Positions 47,860 to 57,826 of a stretch of 64,000 nt of DNA are shown here, piece by piece (position 1 is the first letter of the stretch; the number at the start of each line of letters is the position of its first letter). This DNA comes from an uncultured Fibrobacterota bacterium. Lineage in GTDB: Bacteria > Fibrobacterota > Chitinivibrionia > Chitinivibrionales > CAYFVL01. The notes below the pieces were generated by a model, which did not search any database, was not told where the DNA came from, and was given only the letters and a program-made list of their open reading frames with translations. The stretch lies in contig CAYQOU010000010.1 in the NCBI GenBank assembly GCA_964419255.1, positions 10,032 through 74,031 of the forward strand, in the 5' to 3' direction. Made by a program: the position numbers and the translations under genes.

Positions 47860-49062
47860 ATGAAAACGCAGAATCATAAAGCAGGCTATTTCGGCTCGTA
47901 TGGCGGTAGATATGCCCCGGAGACATTGATGCCGGCTCTGTATGAGGTGGAGCAAGCATATCGGCAGGCACGTGAGGACGAGCAGTTTCAGCAAAAATAT
48001 GCAACGCTCCTAAAAGATTATAATGGGCGTCCGACCCCTCTCTATTATGCGAAGCGCCTTTCGGATCATCTTGGGGGCGCGCAGATCTACCTGAAACGGG
48101 AGGATCTCAATCACACCGGGGCGCACAAGATCACCAACTCTCTTGGCCAGTCGCTTCTTGCTCAGTACATGGGAAAAAAACGCATAATCGCCGAGACGGG
48201 CGCCGGACAGCACGGTGTTGCGACCGCAACCGCTGCTGCACTGCTGGGGATGGAATGCACCATATACATGGGTACGGTCGATATGGCGCGGCAAAGACCG
48301 AACGTGTTTCGTATGAATCTTCTTGGCGCAACGGTAACTCCCGTGGAAAGTGGCAGCAAGACACTCAAAGATGCGGTCAATGAGACCATCCGTGATTGGA
48401 CACTAACTGTCCAGACAACTCATTACGTTTTTGGATCAGCACTCGGACCACACCCCTTTCCATCGATCGTTCGCGATTTGCAGTCTATAATCGGCATAGA
48501 GGCCAGGGAGCAGATACTAAGTCAGGCCGGCCGTCTGCCGGATGAAATCGTAGCCTGTGTAGGAGGCGGCTCCAATGCTATCGGAATATTTATGCCATTT
48601 ATGGATGATAACGCGGTTCGATTGACCGGCGTGGAGGCCGGCGGAATGGGCCTTGACAGTGGAAAACATGCGGTTCGTTTGACACAGTCGGATGCCGCAC
48701 GAAAAGGTATTCTGCACGGCGCCTTTTCCTACGTGCTTCAGGATGCTTACGGCCAAATAGCCAATACGCATTCAATTTCCGCAGGGTTAGATTACAGCGG
48801 TGTGGGCCCCCAGCATGCTTTCCTGGCCGAAAACGGCAGAGCCAAATACACCTATGCCACCGATCAGGAAGCGATCCAAGGATTCAAGACGTTGTGTGAA
48901 CTCGAAGGAATCATTCCTGCGCTGGAATCTTCCCATGCAGTTGCCTATGCGCTAAGACGTGCGCCACAGATGAGCACCGACTCCGTAATGATAGTTAACT
49001 TATCCGGGCGCGGTGACAAAGATCTCGCGCATGTTGCCGATTATCTGGGGATGACTATATGA
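47860..49062 (+). CDS. trpB: Tryptophan synthase beta chain
   Basis: 400 aa. PLP-Lys motif 'HTGAHKITN', 'GGGSNAIG', 'SGRGDKD'. Confidence 0.95.
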   Translation: MKTQNHKAGYFGSYGGRYAPETLMPALYEVEQAYRQAREDEQFQQKYATLLKDYNGRPTPLYYAKRLSDHLGGAQIYLKREDLNHTGAHKITNSLGQSLLAQYMGKKRIIAETGAGQHGVATATAAALLGMECTIYMGTVDMARQRPNVFRMNLLGATVTPVESGSKTLKDAVNETIRDWTLTVQTTHYVFGSALGPHPFPSIVRDLQSIIGIEAREQILSQAGRLPDEIVACVGGGSNAIGIFMPFMDDNAVRLTGVEAGGMGLDSGKHAVRLTQSDAARKGILHGAFSYVLQDAYGQIANTHSISAGLDYSGVGPQHAFLAENGRAKYTYATDQEAIQGFKTLCELEGIIPALESSHAVAYALRRAPQMSTDSVMIVNLSGRGDKDLAHVADYLGMTI

Positions 49063-49859
49063 ATCGCTACATAAACACTTTTTCGTCAGTAAAACAACAG
49101 AATCGCATCGCATTTATACCATTTGCCGTTGCGGGTGATCCTGACCCCGATCTAAGCCGCCGAATTCTCCAAACATATCTGGATGCCGGTGCGGATATTC
49201 TGGAGATTGGCTATCCCTTCAGTGATCCGATGGCCGATGGGCCTGTGAATCAGAGAGCCGCACAGAGGGCGATTGCCGCGGGCCTGAATCATAAAAGTTT
49301 TTTTGAGATGATTGCCTCTCTGCGCGCAAACACAGAGACACCCTTCGGTCTGCTTCTGTACGCAAATTCCATCTACCATCTGGGTATCGATGATTTTTGT
49401 CGCCGGGCTGCCGATGCCGGCATCGATAGCCTTCTTGTTGCGGATATGCCGCCGGAGGAGTCCAATGATCTGCTCCAATCCATGGATCGACACGGACTCA
49501 AAAGCGTGTTTATCGTCTCTGAGCTAACCGATGAAAGCCGCACACGCTACATCTGCCAAAATACAACAGGATTCATCTATGTTGTCAGCCGTCTGGGAAC
49601 TACCGGTGTTAAACAACAGTTCAGCCTCACGGTAAACGATACCATCGAGCGATTGCGTAGCTGCACCCACCTTCCTCTGTGTGTTGGCTTTGGCATATCT
49701 TCTTCCGATCACGTAAAGGCGGTAAAGCAATCGGGGGCGGATGGTGCAATCGTAGGCAGTAAACTGGTGGGAATCATAGAACAGTATCGAAATAACCAGG
49801 ATGAAATGCTGGGCAAACTGCACGATTCCATCTCTGAGTTTGTCTCCGCAACAAGATAG
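49059..49859 (+). CDS. trpA: Tryptophan synthase alpha chain
   Basis: 266 aa. '[20 protein letters not shown]' and 'GFGISS'. Its start overlaps the trpB stop. Confidence 0.9.
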   Translation: MNRYINTFSSVKQQNRIAFIPFAVAGDPDPDLSRRILQTYLDAGADILEIGYPFSDPMADGPVNQRAAQRAIAAGLNHKSFFEMIASLRANTETPFGLLLYANSIYHLGIDDFCRRAADAGIDSLLVADMPPEESNDLLQSMDRHGLKSVFIVSELTDESRTRYICQNTTGFIYVVSRLGTTGVKQQFSLTVNDTIERLRSCTHLPLCVGFGISSSDHVKAVKQSGADGAIVGSKLVGIIEQYRNNQDEMLGKLHDSISEFVSATR

Positions 49860-49887
49860 AACACACGCCTTATATCCGGAGAGCATC

Positions 49888-50637
49888 ATGTCAAACTCAT
49901 CTGTAAAACCGGATCTCACCCGTATTGCTCAGCAGCTTGAAGCTCTTGAGGAAACAATCATCTCCAAGCTGATTGACCGAGCACAATTCCGCGTTAATGA
50001 CACAGCGTATAAAAGGGGCGAAAGCGGATTCGATGGCGCCGCAGATCAGAGCCTGTTGGATCTTCGTCTTAAATACCAGGAGCGAATGGATGCACAGTTC
50101 GGCCGCTTTTATGTGCCGGAAGAACGCCCATTCAATAAGGATCTCCCCCGCTCTCGACGCAAAGTCTCCCTTCCGCCCACCTGCCTCAAGCTTGATGATT
50201 ACGATGTGATCAATTTGTGTGGTGATATAAAAAATGCATATCTTGAATTGCTCCCCCGGATGTGCCGGGGGGGAGATGACGGCCAGTACGGCTCGAGCGT
50301 CGAGCATGATGTCTATGCGTTTCAGGCGATCGCACGTCGAGTTCACTTCGGAGCGCTGTATGTGGCTGAAAGTAAATTTCTTGAGGATATTCCACGATAC
50401 CGTACACTTATCAGGGATAAAGACACAGATAAATTGCTCCAAAAATTGACCCGTACCGACATTGAGGAACGCATCATTGAGCGGGTTGCAGAGAAGGTCG
50501 ATCAGATGCAGGCATTCACAAACAGGCAAATCCGCCACGTAATTTCTCCCGCGGTCATTCTTTCCTTTTACCGCGATGTCATTATTCCTATGACAAAAAA
50601 GGGCGAAATTCTCTACCTATTGAACAGAAAAGACTAG
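49888..50637 (+). CDS. Chorismate mutase, long yeast/plant-type (Aro7-like) AroQ form
   Basis: 249 aa from Met30 of the listed ORF. 'FQAIARRVHFGALYVAESKFLEDIPRYRTLIRDKD' and C-terminal 'FYRDVIIPMTKKGEILYLL' closely parallel what I recall of S. cerevisiae Aro7 ('LSRRIHFGKFVAEAKFQSDIPLYTKLIKSKD', 'IYKEIVIPITKEVEVEYLL'). Confidence 0.75.
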   Translation: MSNSSVKPDLTRIAQQLEALEETIISKLIDRAQFRVNDTAYKRGESGFDGAADQSLLDLRLKYQERMDAQFGRFYVPEERPFNKDLPRSRRKVSLPPTCLKLDDYDVINLCGDIKNAYLELLPRMCRGGDDGQYGSSVEHDVYAFQAIARRVHFGALYVAESKFLEDIPRYRTLIRDKDTDKLLQKLTRTDIEERIIERVAEKVDQMQAFTNRQIRHVISPAVILSFYRDVIIPMTKKGEILYLLNRKD

Positions 50638-50720
50638 TTCAGAGGCACACCCCCAACGTTTTTTTCTCTTTCCTGCATAACCGCCTGTTTTTTTCTCCCG
50701 CAATATCGTTTTAATTCTTA

Positions 50721-50735
50721 TGGCACACACATTGC
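50721..50735 (+). promoter_or_regulatory. Sigma-54 (-24/-12) promoter upstream of the nifA-like gene
   Basis: TGGCAC-ACACA-TTGC followed by A, a perfect consensus. It lies 100 nt upstream of the ATG at 50836. Confidence 0.75.
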
Positions 50736-50835
50736 AAAGATGGATTGCAGTGTTTACAAATACATCGCTCTTTTTTGTATTTGATGGGAAATGTGCCAAG
50801 TATCTCCGATACAAATTTAGATCAGCAATACAATT

Positions 50836-52416
50836 ATGAATCATCAGTCTGAATTTTACTCATGCCGGTTTTGTTTTCGTGAAGATATTGAAGGGCTGGC
50901 CGAGATCGCCCATACCCTGGCTTCAGAGTCACAGCAGCGTCCGATGCTCATGAAAGTTTTGGATATAATCGAGAAGCGCTTGAACATGTTTCGTGGGACA
51001 ATCATGCTTCTGTTACCCGACAATTCACATCTTATTGTTCAGGCGGTTCAGGATGCTGAACATGAGGCTCAGGATCAGGTCCATTATCACCGTGGGGAAG
51101 GCATTATTGGGCGGGTTGTAGAGACCGGGAAAGCTTATGTGGTTCCCGATATTGCACTCGAGCCTGCCTTTAAAAACCGGATCCATAAAAGAACAAAGGA
51201 AAACACAAATCATCTTGCGTTTGTATGTATACCGGTTGTACTGGAAAATGAAGTGGTCGGGACCCTCTCGGTAGACATACCCCATAGTGCGGAACGTCCG
51301 CTGGATCAGAATGTCGGTGTGGTGAGTATCATCGGTGCGATGATCGCCAGTTTTCTGAGAACCGAACGGCTTGTACGTCTGGAAAGAGAAAGCTGGCGGA
51401 CCCGATATTGTCAACTGCAAAACGAAATGGGTGAACGCTTTAAGCCTGATACGATGATAGGGGTTTCCTCGGCGATGCGGGATGTATTCAGCCGTATACA
51501 GATAATCGCCCGGAGTGACACCTCCGCGCTTGTCCGGGGGCCCTCCGGCACGGGAAAAGAGCTGGTTGCAACGGCAATTCATTATGCGAGTGACCGACGC
51601 GATGCGCCTTTAGTAAAGGTTAACTGCGCTGCACTCAGCGAGTCGCTGGTGGAAAGTGAATTGTTCGGCCACGAAAAGGGTGCATTCACCGGCGCTCTCT
51701 ACTCACGCAAGGGCAGAATCGAAGAGGCGGAGGGAGGAACTTTGTTCCTCGATGAGATTGGTGAATTTTCTCCGGCGATTCAGATCAAACTACTCCGCGT
51801 GATTCAGGAGCGGCAGTATGAACGTGTTGGGAGCAATCAAACCAGAACGGCAGATATTCGCCTTATATCAGCTACGAACAGGGATCTTGAATGCGCTGTT
51901 GCAAACGGCACCTTTCGGGAAGACCTGTACTACAGAATCAATGTCTTTCCGATCACCATTCCCCCTCTTGCGCAGCGCAAGGACGATATACTTCCCTTAT
52001 CCAACGCATTTGTGGAAAAATTCTCTTCAAAGCAGAACAAAAAGATCACGCGCATCAGTACCCCGGCTATAAATATGTTGATGTCATACCATTGGCCCGG
52101 CAATGTCAGAGAATTGGAAAATGCCATCGAGTATGCGGTACTATTGTCAACCGATGGCGTCATTTACGGGCATAATCTCCCCCCGACACTTCAGACGCCG
52201 GATGGAAAAGATATAACGGCAAAGGGTGGTTTACGGGCCAGAGTCGATGCACTCGAACGCGATATGATCGTCGATTCACTCAAGAGATGCAAGGGCAATA
52301 TGACTGCAGCGGCAAGAAAACTTGGGATTACTCCCCGCATGGTAAGATACAAAATAAAGCAGCTCGGAATAAACACGCGTAATGTCACGACCGGCCAAAT
52401 AATCCTCAGAGGGTAA
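50836..52416 (+). CDS. nifA: NifA-like sigma-54-dependent transcriptional activator (GAF-AAA+-HTH)
   Basis: 526 aa. An N-terminal GAF region is followed by 'GPSGTGKELVA', an intact 'ESELFGHEKGAFTGA', 'GGTLFLDEIGE', 'FREDLYYRINV' and HTH 'NMTAAARKLGITPRMVRYKIKQLG'. It lies directly upstream of nifH. Confidence 0.75.
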   Translation: MNHQSEFYSCRFCFREDIEGLAEIAHTLASESQQRPMLMKVLDIIEKRLNMFRGTIMLLLPDNSHLIVQAVQDAEHEAQDQVHYHRGEGIIGRVVETGKAYVVPDIALEPAFKNRIHKRTKENTNHLAFVCIPVVLENEVVGTLSVDIPHSAERPLDQNVGVVSIIGAMIASFLRTERLVRLERESWRTRYCQLQNEMGERFKPDTMIGVSSAMRDVFSRIQIIARSDTSALVRGPSGTGKELVATAIHYASDRRDAPLVKVNCAALSESLVESELFGHEKGAFTGALYSRKGRIEEAEGGTLFLDEIGEFSPAIQIKLLRVIQERQYERVGSNQTRTADIRLISATNRDLECAVANGTFREDLYYRINVFPITIPPLAQRKDDILPLSNAFVEKFSSKQNKKITRISTPAINMLMSYHWPGNVRELENAIEYAVLLSTDGVIYGHNLPPTLQTPDGKDITAKGGLRARVDALERDMIVDSLKRCKGNMTAAARKLGITPRMVRYKIKQLGINTRNVTTGQIILRG

Positions 52417-52872
52417 TCCGTGCGATCGCCAGCATGCGAGCCAGCAGGATCGCATCGTTTCCTCCACCTTTAGAGGGTTTGGGTTGACCACTCAAAATCG
52501 CTCACCTTTGATTTGATGTTCAAAATATAGCCCCTCAGGAGCTTATTCTCCTCCCATCTCGCAAATGGGTGGTGAGGCAAGGTCAACGAGGTGATAGACG
52601 AATCAATAGTAGTTATTCTGAACATAAACTTTCCGATTCAATTATTCCCCATGTTTTTCATTAATCCGACAATTATTTCCGTTTCCCTCATTTATCTTAC
52701 AAATTTGTCACATGCGCAAAAAGCGGCTGTATAAGCAGCTTTTAGTACGCTTCTTTTCTGTAATACATGATTGTACCCCGATCCTGTGACAAAAACGTCA
52801 TTGTACCAGATAGTAATTGTCCCTTTTACATGTGCGATAGATATTTTGCGTTCATTTATGATCACATAATAA

Positions 52873-53871
<999 letters not shown>

Positions 53872-53905
53872 ATAATCAAATCATTTTCGTCCTGGAGGAT
53901 ACTCA

Positions 53906-54247
53906 ATGTTGATGATACGATCGATGATCAGACCGGAAAAAGCCGATGAGGTTATGGCTGGACTGCTGGAAGCCGGATATCCGGCGGTGACCAAGGTTTC
54001 CGTATACGGTAGAGGAAAGCAGCGGGGGCTGACGGCGGGTGATGTTACCTATGATGAATTACCCAAGGAGTTGCTGCTTACGGTGATAAAGGATAAGGAC
54101 AAAGACTTTGTTGTCAATACCATAATCGAACGGGCCAGAACCGGCAGTGAAGGTGCTTTTGGTGATGGTAAAATTTTTGTCACTCCCGTATTGGAATCCT
54201 ACACAATCAGCTCAGGTGTAAAAGAAGTATCGGAGGATGAGAAATGA
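53906..54247 (+). CDS. nifI1: PII-like nitrogenase regulator NifI1
   Basis: 113-aa PII fold ('MIRSMIRPEKADEV...GDGKIFVTPV') located between nifH and nifD. Confidence 0.85.
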   Translation: MLMIRSMIRPEKADEVMAGLLEAGYPAVTKVSVYGRGKQRGLTAGDVTYDELPKELLLTVIKDKDKDFVVNTIIERARTGSEGAFGDGKIFVTPVLESYTISSGVKEVSEDEK

Positions 54248-54657
54248 AAGAAGTCATGGCAATGATTCGGATAAACCGGATCAACGCAACCAAGCAGGCG
54301 CTTAGCGATGTCGGCATAACATCGTTTACCGCCACGGGGCGGGTATTGGGCCGTGGCAAGGGAGTAGTCGACTACCGAGTTTTGGAGGGCGCAAAACAGG
54401 GTAGTCAGGAAGCGATCACCCACCTGGGATCGGGTCCCAGACTTGTTCCCAAACGGTTAATCACCGTTGTTGTTTCCGATGACTGGGTTGAACGCACGGT
54501 AAAGGCCATAATCGATGCAAATCAGACCGGAAACGCCGGGGACGGTAAAATATTTGTCATGCCGATTATGGAAGCAACCCGAGTGCGTACCGGAGAAACC
54601 GTCTCGGGCGCATCGGGCGGTAATGTACTTGACTCTTCGGGAGGTATTGAATCATGA
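54244..54657 (+). CDS. nifI2: PII-like nitrogenase regulator NifI2
   Basis: 137-aa PII-like protein with an extended T-loop ('GRVLGRGKGVVDYRVLEGAKQGSQEAITHLGSGPRL') and 'GDGKIFVMPI'. ATGA overlaps on both sides. Confidence 0.85.
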   Translation: MKEVMAMIRINRINATKQALSDVGITSFTATGRVLGRGKGVVDYRVLEGAKQGSQEAITHLGSGPRLVPKRLITVVVSDDWVERTVKAIIDANQTGNAGDGKIFVMPIMEATRVRTGETVSGASGGNVLDSSGGIES

Positions 54658-56291
54658 GTACAACAAAAAATGACCTTAACTTCGATCTGACCAAATCCAA
54701 AATAATCGAACGCTACCCCACCAAGGTGGCTCGTAAACGCTCGAAGTCGATGATTGCAAACGACCCGGAAGCGGTTCCTGAAATCCAGGCTAACGTCCGA
54801 ACCGTTCCGGGAATAATCACACAGCGCGGATGCTGTTATGCGGGATGTAAAGGCGTTGTTCTCGGTCCTACCCGCGACATCATCAACCTGACTCACGGCC
54901 CCATCGGCTGTGCCTTCTACAGTTGGCTGACCCGACGCAACCAGACCAATCCGGGTCCTGAGGGTGACAACTACATGCCATATTGTTTCTCCACCGACAT
55001 GCAGGAAGATAATATCGTTTTTGGTGGTGAGAAAAAGCTGCGGGAGGCGATTCAGGAGGCGTATGACAATTTCCATCCCAAGGCCATCGCCATCTTTTCC
55101 ACCTGTCCGGTCGGACTGATCGGCGATGATGTGCACGCGGTAGCACGGGAAATGAAAGAAAAGTTGGGAATCAATGTGTTTGCTTTTTCCTGCGAAGGGT
55201 ATAAGGGTGTGAGCCAATCGGCCGGTCACCATATTGCAAACAACCAGATTTTCAAGCATGTCATAGGCACGAATGATACCGAGCCGCAGGGAGATTTTCG
55301 TATAAATCTGCTGGGCGAATACAACATCGGCGGGGATGCTTTTCTTATCGAAGATCTCTTTGAGCGGTGTGGAATAACCCTCGTTTCAACCTTCAGCGGG
55401 AACTCCAGTATCGATCATTTCGCACAGGCTCATATGGCCGATCTTAATCTGGTCATGTGCCATAGGTCAATCAACTATGTGGCCGATATGCTCGAGAAAA
55501 AGTATGGTATACCATGGATAAAAGTCAATTTCATCGGTGCCGAAGCAACAGCCAAAACACTGCGAAAAATTGCCCAGTATTTCGGGGATAAGGAGCTGAA
55601 GAAGAGGGTGGAAAAAGTGATTGCCGAGGAGATGCCGGCGGTGGAGGCTGCCCGCCAGGACGTTCTCACGCGAACACAAGGAAAGAAGGCAATGATCTTT
55701 GTGGGAGGAAGCCGCGCTCATCACTACCAGTACCTTTTCGATGAAATAGGCATGCAGACAATCGCCGCCGGATATGAGTTTGCACATCGGGACGATTATG
55801 AGGGGCGTGAGAAGCTGCCGACTATCAAGATCGATGCCGACAGTCGTAACATCGAGGAGCTGACTGTGGAGCCGGATCCGCAGCTGTATAAACCGCGCAA
55901 GACGGAACAGGAGCTGGCGGCATTGGAAAAGGCCGGGCTTAAGATGAAGGACTACGATGGTATGATGCCGGAGATGTCAAAAGGCAGTATAGTTATCGAC
56001 GACATCAGCCAGTATGAGACCGAGGAACTCATCAATAAGTACAAACCCGATATTTTCTGTGCCGGAATCAAGGAGAAGTATATCATACAGAAGATGGGAG
56101 TGCCTTTGAAACAGCTTCACAGCTACGACTATGGCGGTCCCTTTGCCGCTTTCAAAGGTGCGATCAATTTCTACACTGAGATTGACCGTATGGTAAACAC
56201 GCGGATTTGGAAGCTTATCGTCCCTCCGTGGAAGAGCGTGAAAAAGACACAGGTGCAGGCTGCCTATACTTCCGAATGTATAACAGCGTAA
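54654..56291 (+). CDS. nifD: Nitrogenase MoFe protein alpha chain NifD (long, anaerobe-type with internal insertion)
   Basis: 545 aa. 'HGPIGCAFY', 'STCPVGLIGDD', 'VMCHRSINY' (FeMo-co Cys), 'LHSYDYGGPF' (FeMo-co His). A ~50-aa insertion 'IDADSRNIEELTVEPDPQLYKPRKTEQELAALEKAGLKMKDYDG' resembles that of clostridial-type NifD. Confidence 0.95.
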   Translation: MSTTKNDLNFDLTKSKIIERYPTKVARKRSKSMIANDPEAVPEIQANVRTVPGIITQRGCCYAGCKGVVLGPTRDIINLTHGPIGCAFYSWLTRRNQTNPGPEGDNYMPYCFSTDMQEDNIVFGGEKKLREAIQEAYDNFHPKAIAIFSTCPVGLIGDDVHAVAREMKEKLGINVFAFSCEGYKGVSQSAGHHIANNQIFKHVIGTNDTEPQGDFRINLLGEYNIGGDAFLIEDLFERCGITLVSTFSGNSSIDHFAQAHMADLNLVMCHRSINYVADMLEKKYGIPWIKVNFIGAEATAKTLRKIAQYFGDKELKKRVEKVIAEEMPAVEAARQDVLTRTQGKKAMIFVGGSRAHHYQYLFDEIGMQTIAAGYEFAHRDDYEGREKLPTIKIDADSRNIEELTVEPDPQLYKPRKTEQELAALEKAGLKMKDYDGMMPEMSKGSIVIDDISQYETEELINKYKPDIFCAGIKEKYIIQKMGVPLKQLHSYDYGGPFAAFKGAINFYTEIDRMVNTRIWKLIVPPWKSVKKTQVQAAYTSECITA

Positions 56292-56368
56292 GAGTATATG
56301 GTGGATTCAGGTCTGGCTTATCCAGCGGGACCGTACAGACAGCGACTATCGATTAGGAGGAATAGAAA

Positions 56369-57751
56369 ATGCTACTACGGCATACAAAAAAGGAAATTAA
56401 GGAACGCAAGGCCCTGACGGTTAATCCGGCCAAAACCTGTCAACCGATAGGAGCCATGTATGCGGCAATGGGTATTCACGGATGTATTCCCCACAGCCAC
56501 GGTTCACAGGGGTGTTGTGCATATCATCGAAGCACACTTACTCGTCATTTTAAAGAGCCGGTCATTGCAGGAACCAGCTCATTTACCGAAGGCTCTTCGG
56601 TTTTTGGAGGACAGTCCAATCTTGTGCAGGCTATCGATAACCTGTTTACGATTTACGATCCACAGGTTATCGCGGTGCACACGACTTGCCTTTCAGAGAC
56701 AATCGGTGATGATGTCCCGCAGATTGCTCAGAAGGCTCGGGATGACGGAAAAGTACCGGAAGGAAAATATGTTATCCATGCGAGTACACCAAGCTATACC
56801 GGCTCACACATAACCGGATACAGTGCGATGGTAAAATCAATGGTAACCTATTTTGCACAACAGGGAAAAAGTAAATCCGATATTATAGATATCATCGCCG
56901 GTTGGATGGAGCCGTCGGACATGCGCGAAATTCACCGGATCGCCGATACTATGGGGATAACACATATCCTGTTCCCTGACATGTCGGATGTACTCGATTC
57001 GCCGCAAACCGGCTCCTACTCATACTACCCGGAGGGAGGCGTTACGGTCGAAGAGTTGAAGATGACCGGAGAGGCAAAAGGGGCCCTCGCCCTGGGGAAG
57101 TTCTGCTCGGAGGCCGCAGCCTTTGAGCTGGACGCCAAATGTAAAGTGCCCGTTGAGGTACTGGAATACCCTCTGGGCCTGAGTGCTACCGACCGGTTTG
57201 TCATGGCACTTTCGAAGCTTTCCGGTAAGAGCATTCCTGCCTCTATCGAAAACGAACGCGGCCGTCTGGTTGACATAATTACAGACATGCAGCAGTATCT
57301 TTCGGGCAAAAGAGTTGCGATCTTCGGTGATCCCGACATGCTGATTCCCTTGACCGAATTTCTCATCGAGATCGATATGAAGCCGGTATATGTCATCACG
57401 GGAACGCCGGGAAAGTACTTCGAAAAACGCATAATGGAGATCGCCGGCGAATCGGTGCCGGATATCCAGGTAAAGTTTGGCGAACGGGCCGACCTGTACC
57501 TTTTGCATCAGTTAATCAAAAACGATCCGGTTGACCTTCTGATCGGAAATACCTACGGAAAATATATCGCCCGTGATGAGGATATACCTTTTGTCCGCAT
57601 GGGATTTCCGATCCTCGACAGGATAGGCCACTCCTACTTTCCTCACATGGGATATACAGGAGGCATGCGGATTATGGAAAAGATCCTCAATGCACTTATG
57701 GATCGTCAGGACAGGGATTCAAGCGAAGAATCGTTCGAACTTGTCATGTAA
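56369..57751 (+). CDS. nifK: Nitrogenase MoFe protein beta chain NifK
   Basis: 460 aa. 'HGSQGCCAYHR', 'TTCLSETIGDD', 'STPSYTGSH'. The N-terminus is short, as in anaerobe-type NifK. Confidence 0.95.
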   Translation: MLLRHTKKEIKERKALTVNPAKTCQPIGAMYAAMGIHGCIPHSHGSQGCCAYHRSTLTRHFKEPVIAGTSSFTEGSSVFGGQSNLVQAIDNLFTIYDPQVIAVHTTCLSETIGDDVPQIAQKARDDGKVPEGKYVIHASTPSYTGSHITGYSAMVKSMVTYFAQQGKSKSDIIDIIAGWMEPSDMREIHRIADTMGITHILFPDMSDVLDSPQTGSYSYYPEGGVTVEELKMTGEAKGALALGKFCSEAAAFELDAKCKVPVEVLEYPLGLSATDRFVMALSKLSGKSIPASIENERGRLVDIITDMQQYLSGKRVAIFGDPDMLIPLTEFLIEIDMKPVYVITGTPGKYFEKRIMEIAGESVPDIQVKFGERADLYLLHQLIKNDPVDLLIGNTYGKYIARDEDIPFVRMGFPILDRIGHSYFPHMGYTGGMRIMEKILNALMDRQDRDSSEESFELVM

Positions 57752-57767
57752 CTACCAGAGGGGGGCT

Positions 57768-57791
57768 TGAGAGCCGTTCTTACGGCTCTCA
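57768..57791 (+). other. Perfect stem-loop between nifK and nifE
   Basis: TGAGAGCCG / CGGCTCTCA is a 9-bp stem with a 6-nt loop (ttctta). No T-run follows. Confidence 0.7.
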
Positions 57792-57826
57792 TAATATTCC
57801 AGCATATCTAGAAAAGTGATTGGATT

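Noticed and set aside
47548-47994. 148-aa minus-strand ORF covering the lepB-trpB intergenic region and the trpB start
   Set aside because: It overlaps the well-supported trpB N-terminus, has no RBS and no domain signature. The region is better explained as the trpB leader.
49897-50538. 213-aa minus-strand ORF opposite the chorismate mutase gene
   Set aside because: The plus-strand frame aligns along its whole length with the Aro7-type enzyme. The antisense frame has no recognisable features.
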